DNA of 28,025 bases from a bacterium (lineage in GTDB: Bacteria > Hinthialibacterota > Hinthialibacteria > Hinthialibacterales > Hinthialibacteraceae). The notes below the pieces were generated by a model. The model saw only the letters and a list, made by a program, of their open reading frames with translations. It was not told where the DNA came from and ran no database searches. The stretch is taken from positions 1 to 28,025 of the forward strand of contig CAXXSM010000030.1 of NCBI GenBank assembly GCA_963663405.2, in the 5' to 3' direction. Positions within the stretch are counted from its first letter, which is position 1. Each line of letters starts with the position of its first letter. The translations under genes were made by a program, and so were the position numbers. Positions 17,842 through 25,791 of this stretch are shown piece after piece.

Positions 17842-18126
17842 GATTATGTTCATTGTAGTGGATAATGCCAGGGCAGAAAAAAGCCTTGCCCTGGCCACCC
17901 GTTCTGGTGTTGGTCACCTGTCAGAGAAACTATGGCTCCGAGGTAAACAACGGAACTTGCTCTGGCTAACATTCAATGTGTATGTCCGTTGTAAGATATG
18001 CGGGTGCCCAAGGCAAGGTTTTATTCTGCCTTGGCGATATTCAGCATTACCACTATCATTTTCAAAGTCTTCCCCTGGCCACCCGTTCTTGTGCTGACTA
18101 CCCTTCAATGTATATATCCGTTGTGA
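17821..18126 (+). repeat. Mosaic repeat cluster: three copies of caatgtrtatrtccgttgt interleaved with REP-like hairpins
   Basis: 19-bp copies at 17821, 17974 and 18106; an 85-bp repeat copy at 17858-17941; an inverted hairpin copy at ~18006-18035; a partial copy ccctggccacccgttct at ~18073-18089. Confidence 0.85.
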
Positions 18127-18157
18127 TATTCCATTCACAATGCTGTTATCCAGTTAA

Positions 18158-19246
18158 TCAACCCAGCCGTTCGAAAAGAATCCGCGCGGCTTGTTCGCCT
18201 CCATCGACGCGTGTGGAAGCGCCGCCTGTTTCGCTTTTATCTTTTCCGTCTGTTGAGAAAAAGTCAGTGAGGAAATCCCAGTTTCCAGCGAAGAAATCCG
18301 ATTCATTGATTTCGATCGTTTTGATGTGATGAACGATCTCCTCCCGCATGACATCTTGTTCGGGAAAATCCATGCGGGGAGGGAAGGCCATCGGCGTTTG
18401 ATGGGCGATGCATTCCGTGACGATTCCATAACCCAGTTTCACCAGCGCCAGATCGCACGCCTGGACCGCGTCGGGGTGGTAGGTCTCTCTTTTGTCGAGT
18501 AGCCACACATTTTTAGGACCTGTAAGTCTTTGATCGAAGGTTAAAAATGTCACGTCGGGATACGCGGCCAACCGCTCTTTCGAGAGCCGGTCGAATCCGA
18601 GTCCTCCAAACGAGATCAATACAACATCTTCTTCCTCTGATAAATCGAATAATTCCCGCGCTTCTACTTGGCTCAACGAAGACCGGCGGGCGACGAGAGG
18701 GATATCAACGATGTTCGGAAAGACCGATAAATCGCCGCACAAGGGTGTGCGCAGAAGGAGACTGGTTCTTTTGTAATATTCCGCGATCCGGTCAATGATC
18801 GATTGAAACGCCGTGTCATATTTTAAAAATACCGAGAAAATCCAATCCCAGCTGAAATTCGCTACAATAACCGAAGGAACACCAACCGCTTCCGCAAGAG
18901 GGATCGTAAAGGGTGAGATATCCCCTATAACGAGGTCCGGCGTTCCATTCTTTCGAAACCGGTTGAGTTCATTCTGAATCATAGCTGGATATTGATCCAA
19001 CAGACGCTCCCATGTCACCCGCGTCTGCGATACATCCTGTTGTAAACTATCGATTTGGACGATTCCAGGATCGTGAAGCAGTTCAAAATAGGAAAATGGA
19101 CGGTGGAGGGATCGTTCAAACAACCATTCCGGAGCCGCCGTCACGATCTCTACATCGACACAGTTGGGGATGTGAGAGATCACCTCAATCTCCCGTGTCG
19201 AATGACCGAATCCATGAGAGGTAATATAAAAACAAATTCGAGGCAT
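18158..19246 (-). CDS. GT-B glycosyltransferase-like protein (resembles the N-terminal domain of plant L-arabinokinase)
   Basis: FYITSHGFGHSTR, DPGIVQIDSL, GDISP, NFSWDWI, VLISFGG, KLGYGIVTEC, RMDFPEQ, DGGEQAA. Start is ATG 19246 or GTG 19261. Confidence 0.85.
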   Translation of the reverse strand: MPRICFYITSHGFGHSTREIEVISHIPNCVDVEIVTAAPEWLFERSLHRPFSYFELLHDPGIVQIDSLQQDVSQTRVTWERLLDQYPAMIQNELNRFRKNGTPDLVIGDISPFTIPLAEAVGVPSVIVANFSWDWIFSVFLKYDTAFQSIIDRIAEYYKRTSLLLRTPLCGDLSVFPNIVDIPLVARRSSLSQVEARELFDLSEEEDVVLISFGGLGFDRLSKERLAAYPDVTFLTFDQRLTGPKNVWLLDKRETYHPDAVQACDLALVKLGYGIVTECIAHQTPMAFPPRMDFPEQDVMREEIVHHIKTIEINESDFFAGNWDFLTDFFSTDGKDKSETGGASTRVDGGEQAARILFERLG

Positions 19247-19353
19247 GGGAATACTACTCACTTTACACTGTAAAATTTTGTATTAAAATCCAGGAACTGT
19301 ATTCATTCCTAAACAATGTGGGTAAAATAGAAACTGTACAGGGAGATGTAGAA

Positions 19354-19611
19354 ATGGAAAACCCGCACACGCCCATTGATGATGGAAATATGGTCGTCAT
19401 TCAGACCTTCGAGGATGAAATACAGGAAGCGTTGGCGATCGGAGCGTTGAATGAGGCTGGAATCAAGTACGTGATCCGTAGTTTTGAGGATCACGCGTAT
19501 GATGGGCTCTTTACACTTTCGCGCGGACATTCGCAAGCCCTTGTTTTGGAGGATGAGTCGGTCAAGGCCAAAGAGATCGTGAATGCGGCGTTATCATCTT
19601 CTAAACCTTGA
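19354..19611 (+). CDS. Small putative signal-transducing (DUF2007-like) protein
   Basis: E..LAIGALNEAGIKYVIRSFEDHAYDGLF…VLEDESVKAKEIV; GGGAGA upstream of ATG 19354. Confidence 0.7.
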   Translation: MENPHTPIDDGNMVVIQTFEDEIQEALAIGALNEAGIKYVIRSFEDHAYDGLFTLSRGHSQALVLEDESVKAKEIVNAALSSSKP

Positions 19612-19707
19612 CGAAACGAGTAGTTTATCGGAAAATGTTTTTTATCATTTTTTGAAACTCATGTCATTATTGAGTTAATAATAATTTTGTAGATCGGAGG
19701 AGATTGA

Positions 19708-20340
19708 ATGAATCGGATTCGAGGTTTTACACTGATTGAGCTGTTGATTGTTGTGGCGATTATTGGGATTCTCGCCGCAATCGCCGTGCCAAACTTTTTG
19801 AACGCGCAGATCCGCGCCAAATCAGCGCGTACATTCGCCGACTTAAAGATGTTGGACGAACAGGCGGTAATTCGTCATCTGGACACAAACCTATGGCTAA
19901 TCGATGGTAACGATGAAGGCGAAGATGATGGAACTTACAAATGCGCTTTTCGAGGTGGCTATGTGTTCTTTGGAGTCTCGTGTTCGAATGCGTTAGGTGT
20001 GAAATGCAACAGTATTGGAGACAACTTCTTCAATGGAAAGACTTGGTCCTTATTGACTACGCCGATTAATTACATCAGTTCCATTCCTAAAGATCCATTC
20101 GGCGGTGGATTGTTCTATGGCTATGAAGATCGGGACTGCTCTAATGGTACACATTGCCCCCATTGGTTGATGTTCGCCGCTGGGCCTGATGGTGATCATG
20201 GGGACTGGATCGACCGCAGCGCTGAACCCTATCAGCCCACAAATGGTTTGACGTCCAATGGCGATATTTGGCGGTTGCATATCTTTAAGCCCACATATTT
20301 TAATTCTGAGTTCATGGGCGTGGCGATTGTGAATTACTAA
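19708..20340 (+). CDS. Type IV pilin/pseudopilin-like protein (prepilin N-terminal cleavage/methylation motif)
   Basis: RG|FTLIELLIVVAIIGILAAIAVPNF; LTTPINYISSIPKDPF, GPDGD, YQPTNGLTSNGDI; GGAGAG upstream. Confidence 0.92.
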   Translation: MNRIRGFTLIELLIVVAIIGILAAIAVPNFLNAQIRAKSARTFADLKMLDEQAVIRHLDTNLWLIDGNDEGEDDGTYKCAFRGGYVFFGVSCSNALGVKCNSIGDNFFNGKTWSLLTTPINYISSIPKDPFGGGLFYGYEDRDCSNGTHCPHWLMFAAGPDGDHGDWIDRSAEPYQPTNGLTSNGDIWRLHIFKPTYFNSEFMGVAIVNY

Positions 20341-20391
20341 TTGTAATATTTTAAAACGGCTTTATTTATCTACATTTATCCAAAGTCATCT

Positions 20392-20425
20392 AAGGGTGTA
20401 TCGTTTTCGATACGCTCTTTTTTAT
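20392..20425 (+). terminator. Intrinsic terminator after the pilin-like gene
   Basis: aagggtgtatcg-tttt-cgatacgctctt stem (with G-U pairs) followed by a T-run. Confidence 0.7.
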
Positions 20426-20476
20426 TAGGGGATTCAGTTAAAGGCTGAAGGCAGGGCTGGAGAGAATGAAATTTTT

Positions 20477-23400
20477 TTATTTTAATGTTGAAGTTTCGGA
20501 TTGATCCAAGTTTTTCTTGATCTTGTCAAGGTATTCAGGATCCACTTCAAATCCAAGTTGAATCGACTCATCCAAGTGTTTTTTCGCTTGTGTGTACTTG
20601 CCTTGTTCGTAATAGGCGGAAGCGATATAGAAATGCGCGGGGGCGTTGGATGGATCGATGCGGAGCGCCTTTGTATACAGCCGCAGCGCTTTGGCCGTCT
20701 CTTTTTGGATCTGCCAGTATAGACCCATTCCGAGATACCCGGCGGGGGAATCCGGTTTGATGGACTGTGCTTCTTCGAAGAGTTCCCTAGCGGATTCTGC
20801 AAAGCCCTCGTGTAATAACGCGCCCGCCGCTTCGGTTATTCTCTCTACATATTCCGGATTCCGGCGCATCGTTTGAATGAAATAGTGGACGGCTTGGTTA
20901 AGATTCTGTTGTTTGACGTGAAGCGCGCCAAGATTATAAAGCGCTACGGCGAACGAAGGCCGGATCACAAGGGCTTTCTGAAAACACACTTCCGCCTCTT
21001 CATATTCCTTTTTAAATTCATGCAGCGAACCTCGCGTGATCCATGCGTCAGCGTTCATTGGCGCCAACGCAAGGGTTTTCTCCGCATGGATGACGGCTTC
21101 GTCCCATTTCTTCTGTTGAATCAACCAATTCGCCATTTCCAGATGCGCGCGGTCAGAGCGGGGATCGTTCTTGATCGCTTCTAAAAGATATCGCTTGGCT
21201 TCCTCTGGATTGTTTTGATTGGCGTAGAAAACGCCGCAGCCGGTTTGATAGAGACTTAGCAACCGCCGGGTCCGCTCATATTCCGGCGCCCGATTGAACA
21301 AACGCTCCAATGCGCCGATCGTTTCAGGATGACACAGAGGCGTATCTGTCTGACGGGAGGAGATTGTGCTCAATTCCAAAACGATCAACTCCACTTCAAT
21401 CTTTTGTAATTCTTTCCACCGTTCGATGAAATCCGCTTCCACCGGTTCGCCACTCGTGTTTTGCACGATGGTTTGCGGAATCGAACGCAGAGCGCTGATG
21501 AATCCGTGATTCTCCCCCGCCGTGTTTCCTCCGACGCTAAGGGGGCTTGAAAATTCCAGGTAGAGATTGTCATCCGTATTGAGAATCCCATCTTGACAGA
21601 AGAGACGCAATCCATCTTCGCCGGTAACGAACAATGTAAGGAACGAGAGAACATCCGTCACGGCGGCGTGACTCAGATCGGCGGCGATGCGGGGATGCTG
21701 TATCCGTTCCGCGATTCGATCGATGTTTACAACAAGGGGATCGTCACTCCCCACAAGAATCGAATCCAGATTGGTCTGCCACAATTGGCAATAGTCGAAA
21801 ACCTCAAGAAAAGTGAGGTAAATCGATTTTAAGTTCTCCTCCGAGAGTTCATACAGAGGAACCCATTGGCACATGATCCCGCCCGGATTCAATCTTGCTT
21901 TTGCAATTTCGTAATATTCCGTCGTATAAAGATACGTTGAACCGGCCGCCCAAGGATGGATGGGATCGGCCGTGATGACATCGAAGGTGTCATTCGCAGC
22001 GCGTAGAAAATTACGGCCGTCTTGAATATTGACAGTCAGATTCGGGCTGTGGAGAACGTTGTTATTGATATAAGAGAACGTCTCCGCTGCGCCCAACACC
22101 GCAGGTTCTATCTCAACCAATTGCGCGTGTTCCATTCCCGGTTGGATCGTTACCGATCCAAGCGTTACACCCGCTCCCAATCCAACGACCAGCGCTGATT
22201 TTGGATCGGGATGCAGCAGGCATGGAATCTGCCCCATCATTTTTTCCAAACTTATATCGCGCGTGCTATCCGACGCGACGCTTTTTCCATTGATCAAGAT
22301 CGCCCGTTGGCGGCTGCTTTGTGTGACGGATACCGTTGTAGAGCGCCCTTCCCGGTAGTAGACGAGATCGCTGAATAAGAGACTACGCTTGACGTCCACT
22401 ACTCCGCTGGAATCGGCGAACGCGGCGACGGCGTTATTCCGGAACGCGCCCATGAGTTGAAGGTCCCAGGGCGTTGCGCGGAAGAGAAGACTGATGACGG
22501 CGATCCACGCCGATACACAGAAGCCCCACGCCAGCCAACCGCAGTCGATTCGTTCCCGCAGAATCCGGCTTGCGATCAGAATTCCATAACCCCCCAATAA
22601 CACGGAGATTCCTAACATACTTCGCTGCAATCCCAATAGCGGAACAAGCGCGAAACCCGCTAGGAGAGCGCCCACGATCGCCCCCAGCGTATTCAACGCG
22701 AGGCAATCCCCCACAGACCGGCCCAAACCTCGCCGTAATTCCGCCCGCGCCTCCGCTGCCGTAGGGAACGCCATTCCAAATAATGTCGCGGGGATTAGTA
22801 GAATCAAATAACAGACGAGAAAAGAAGTTAATGGATTGAATCCACTTAACCGGCCTCCAAACGTATGATGAAGCTGAACAGAGATCTGCGGCACGGATGG
22901 GATCGCCTGGGAGACAATAAAACTGGAGAGTCCGGCCAATAGTAGAATGAAACAGAATCGTGTTGGCGCTGGCAGCCACTTGATCGATGGTTGACTGTTC
23001 AGCAAACTCCCCAAACAAATCCCTGTCAGAAACGACGCCAGCATGATTGTAAAACTATACGTCGTCGTCCCCAGCGCGATCGACAATCCCCGCGTCCAAA
23101 GCGCCTCCAACGCCAGCGCGGAAAGACCGCAGACCGCCGTTCCCCAGAACGTCAATTTTAAAGTGGTGACTTGCTGAGGATTCAAGTTTGCGCAAGGCGG
23201 TTCCTCTAGTTCATCTGACAGAATAGTTTTTACAGAAGTTAGGGATTGTTTCCGGTCGATCGCATACGCGGCGGCGGCGACAAGAAGATTGATGCTTCCA
23301 GCGAGCCATTCCGTCCGCAGGACACCTAACGCGGGCAGCAGGAAGAAGCCACATACGATTGTTCCTATGACCGCCCCCAGTGTGTTGATCCCATACAGCA

Positions 23401-23848
23401 TCGACACACCGCCGCCGAATTCTTCTCTCCGCTGGACAAGGAAACGGATCAAAACAGGGAGAGTGCCTCCCATAAAGAGAGTCGGCGCGATTAATACGGC
23501 GAAAGAGAAAACAATGCGGATCAAGGCGAGTGAAGGAGTCACGCCTCCAAGCTGTCGCGCGATTTCAATATAGACCGCGTCGAGTCCGGCGATCGCAAAA
23601 GGAAATAAGAAGGCGCAAACCGCCACGGCGAATTCAAGGTACGCGTATAAGCGCAAAGGCCGCGCCACGCGCTCTCCCCAACGCCCGAACACGGCTCCAC
23701 CCAGCGCTAAGCCTCCCATGAACGCGGCCAGGACAATACTCACCGCCTGATGGCTCGATCCAAACACCAGCGTCAGATCGCGTGTCCAAGCGATTTGATA
23801 AATGAGACCGGTTCCGCCTGTAATTAAGAATAGGATATAAATGATCAT
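20477..23848 (-). CDS. Fused MFS-like/spermidine-synthase-like SAM-binding membrane protein with C-terminal TPRs
   Basis: GLIYQIAWTRDL, FMGGLALG, MGGTLP, NTLGAVIG (duplicated TM halves); LVVGLGAGVT, VEIEP, DGRNFL, FDVITADP, LNTDDNLYLEF; multiple TPRs. Start ATG 23848 preferred over 23869. Confidence 0.9.
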   Translation of the reverse strand: MIIYILFLITGGTGLIYQIAWTRDLTLVFGSSHQAVSIVLAAFMGGLALGGAVFGRWGERVARPLRLYAYLEFAVAVCAFLFPFAIAGLDAVYIEIARQLGGVTPSLALIRIVFSFAVLIAPTLFMGGTLPVLIRFLVQRREEFGGGVSMLYGINTLGAVIGTIVCGFFLLPALGVLRTEWLAGSINLLVAAAAYAIDRKQSLTSVKTILSDELEEPPCANLNPQQVTTLKLTFWGTAVCGLSALALEALWTRGLSIALGTTTYSFTIMLASFLTGICLGSLLNSQPSIKWLPAPTRFCFILLLAGLSSFIVSQAIPSVPQISVQLHHTFGGRLSGFNPLTSFLVCYLILLIPATLFGMAFPTAAEARAELRRGLGRSVGDCLALNTLGAIVGALLAGFALVPLLGLQRSMLGISVLLGGYGILIASRILRERIDCGWLAWGFCVSAWIAVISLLFRATPWDLQLMGAFRNNAVAAFADSSGVVDVKRSLLFSDLVYYREGRSTTVSVTQSSRQRAILINGKSVASDSTRDISLEKMMGQIPCLLHPDPKSALVVGLGAGVTLGSVTIQPGMEHAQLVEIEPAVLGAAETFSYINNNVLHSPNLTVNIQDGRNFLRAANDTFDVITADPIHPWAAGSTYLYTTEYYEIAKARLNPGGIMCQWVPLYELSEENLKSIYLTFLEVFDYCQLWQTNLDSILVGSDDPLVVNIDRIAERIQHPRIAADLSHAAVTDVLSFLTLFVTGEDGLRLFCQDGILNTDDNLYLEFSSPLSVGGNTAGENHGFISALRSIPQTIVQNTSGEPVEADFIERWKELQKIEVELIVLELSTISSRQTDTPLCHPETIGALERLFNRAPEYERTRRLLSLYQTGCGVFYANQNNPEEAKRYLLEAIKNDPRSDRAHLEMANWLIQQKKWDEAVIHAEKTLALAPMNADAWITRGSLHEFKKEYEEAEVCFQKALVIRPSFAVALYNLGALHVKQQNLNQAVHYFIQTMRRNPEYVERITEAAGALLHEGFAESARELFEEAQSIKPDSPAGYLGMGLYWQIQKETAKALRLYTKALRIDPSNAPAHFYIASAYYEQGKYTQAKKHLDESIQLGFEVDPEYLDKIKKNLDQSETSTLK

Positions 23849-23931
23849 GATTGAGTTCGCAACCTGCAAATGAAAATGAGTTGTGAGAGAAATTGCGTAC
23901 GAGTCAGTCTTAGAAACTCATTTTCATATAA
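23844..23931 (-). repeat. Dispersed hairpin repeat, copy C
   Basis: Arms at 23870-23882 and 23915-23927 are identical to copy A; the copy overlaps the start codon of the downstream gene. Confidence 0.92.
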
Positions 23932-24008
23932 ATAATCCAAGTTCCACGATTGGAACTCGTGTGGTTCAACATAATTCTCACCCCGATTTGCTTCCTGGTT
24001 TTGTTTAT

Positions 24009-24848
24009 TTACTGCTGTCCATCCGGCGCCTGCTGGCTTTGACCGCGTGGATCCAAAACGTCACGCAATCCTTCTCCCAAGAGATTAAAACCAAGCACTG
24101 TGACAGCCAGCGCCGCGCCGGGGAAGAGTGACACCCAAGGCGCCACTCGAATCGCCTGCGAGCCATAGTTTATCATACTTCCCCAACTTGGAGTCGGCGG
24201 CTGAGCGCCCATGCCTAAAAACGAGAGCCCCGCCTCGGCCATGATAGCGTGGGCCAGTCCCATTGTCCACCAGATCAAACCAGGCGCATACGTGTTGGGG
24301 AGAATGTGCTGGATAAGAATCCGCGCGTCAGACGCGCCGAACGCCCGCGCGGCGGCGACATATTCCCGCTCTTTCGCGATCATGACTTGGGAACGCATTA
24401 GCCGCGCCATACTGGCCCACATCACGGCGCTTAGCGCGATAAACACCGGCCAGAGACCTTCTGAGAAGATAACGGCGATGGAGATCACCAACAACAGGAA
24501 GGGAAACGCCATTGTGATATCGACAATCCGCTGCAGCAGCGCGTCGATCTTTCCTCCATAGTAGCCGGAAACACTTCCCACCAGCACGCCGATGATAAGC
24601 CCCATTGTCCGGGCTCCCACGCCGATCAGCAGAGAAATCCGCGCGCCGTGGATCACACGGCTGAACACATCGCGGCCGATCTCATCAGTGCCAAACCAAT
24701 GATTCCAAGAGGGCGCGTCATAGCGGTTGTGCAGATCGATCGCGTCTGGTTCATAGGAAACAATCCAGGGCGCGAAGATAGCCGCCGCCACAAGCAGCAG
24801 CGCGATCGCGCCGCCGGTGAGTATATAGGGATGCCGTAACGCTTTCAT
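24009..24848 (-). CDS. Peptide/nickel ABC transporter permease (DppC/OppC type)
   Basis: HWFGTDEIGRDVFSR, EYVAAARAFGAS (EAA motif), HILPN, LSFLGMG, PSWG, FNLLGEGLRDVLDP. Confidence 0.95.
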   Translation of the reverse strand: MKALRHPYILTGGAIALLLVAAAIFAPWIVSYEPDAIDLHNRYDAPSWNHWFGTDEIGRDVFSRVIHGARISLLIGVGARTMGLIIGVLVGSVSGYYGGKIDALLQRIVDITMAFPFLLLVISIAVIFSEGLWPVFIALSAVMWASMARLMRSQVMIAKEREYVAAARAFGASDARILIQHILPNTYAPGLIWWTMGLAHAIMAEAGLSFLGMGAQPPTPSWGSMINYGSQAIRVAPWVSLFPGAALAVTVLGFNLLGEGLRDVLDPRGQSQQAPDGQQ

Positions 24849-25775
24849 TTAATCGTATCGAATCCTCGGATCGAGATAGGCGTATAAAACGTCGATCAAT
24901 AAATTTATCAGAATAAAAATCACTGCGAAAAACAGTACGGTTCCATTGATCACTGGATAATCCCGCTGGGCGATCGCGGTTACTATGTGCCGTCCCAATC
25001 CCGGCCAGGAGAAGACCTTCTCCGTCAAAACGGAGCCGGACAGATAACTGGCGAAATCGAGTCCAATGATTGTTACAACCGGAATCGCCGCATTGGCGAA
25101 CGCGTGTTTCACAATGACAATGAATGGGGACGCCCCCTTGGCGCGAGCTGTGCGGAGATATTCTTCATTCAGGATTTCCAGCATACTCGCGCGCGTCATC
25201 CGGGCGAGAAACGCGACGGACTGCGTTCCCAAGGTGATCGCGGGAAGAATTAAATATTGAATCCCCCCATCGCCGAAACCGGATGGCGGCAAAAGCCGCA
25301 TACGCACGCTGACGAAATACATCAGCAGCAATCCCAGCCAAAACACCGGCGTCGATATGCCCAAAAGAGAAAAGAACATCGTGATCCGGTCGTACCAAGT
25401 ATTCGGCAATAGCGCTGAAATCAATCCCGCCGACACACCGAGAATCACCGCCGCCACCATCGCTGAAAACGCCAGCCGGAACGTGTTCGGAAATCGCTCC
25501 ATGATGATCGCCGTTACAGGCCGGTGACTGTCGTACGACAGCCCGAGATCGCCGCGCATCACGTTCCAGAGATACAGCCCGTATTGGACATGCAAAGGCC
25601 GGTCGAAACCATATTGCTCGCGGATCTGCTGACGCAGTTCCTCGCTGGCCCGTTGGCCCGCCATCGCGTCGGCGGGATCGCCCGGCGCCAACCGGCTGAG
25701 AAAGAATGCGATCGTGATGACGCCCCATAAAACGGGGATCATCATCAACAACCGCCGGATAACATACGATCCCAT
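24849..25775 (-). CDS. Peptide/nickel ABC transporter permease (DppB/OppB type)
   Basis: PGDPA, GDLGLS, PVFWLG, EEYLRTARAKG, EKVFSWPGLG, RDYPVI, YAYLDPRIR. Confidence 0.95.
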   Translation of the reverse strand: MGSYVIRRLLMMIPVLWGVITIAFFLSRLAPGDPADAMAGQRASEELRQQIREQYGFDRPLHVQYGLYLWNVMRGDLGLSYDSHRPVTAIIMERFPNTFRLAFSAMVAAVILGVSAGLISALLPNTWYDRITMFFSLLGISTPVFWLGLLLMYFVSVRMRLLPPSGFGDGGIQYLILPAITLGTQSVAFLARMTRASMLEILNEEYLRTARAKGASPFIVIVKHAFANAAIPVVTIIGLDFASYLSGSVLTEKVFSWPGLGRHIVTAIAQRDYPVINGTVLFFAVIFILINLLIDVLYAYLDPRIRYD

Positions 25776-25791
25776 TTATTCCTTCTTTCGA

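Noticed and set aside
17821-18126. Possible CRISPR array
   Set aside because: Only three degenerate 19-bp repeats, spacers over 110 bp that themselves contain repeats, and no cas genes.
5958-23848. Functional link between mtnP and the spermidine-synthase-like gene via MTA recycling
   Set aside because: They are about 14 kb apart with unrelated genes between; no evidence of clustering.
3844-23931. Copies A and C are exactly 20,000 bp apart
   Set aside because: They differ at 12 of 88 positions, so this is not an assembly duplication; I see no mechanism and treat it as coincidence.
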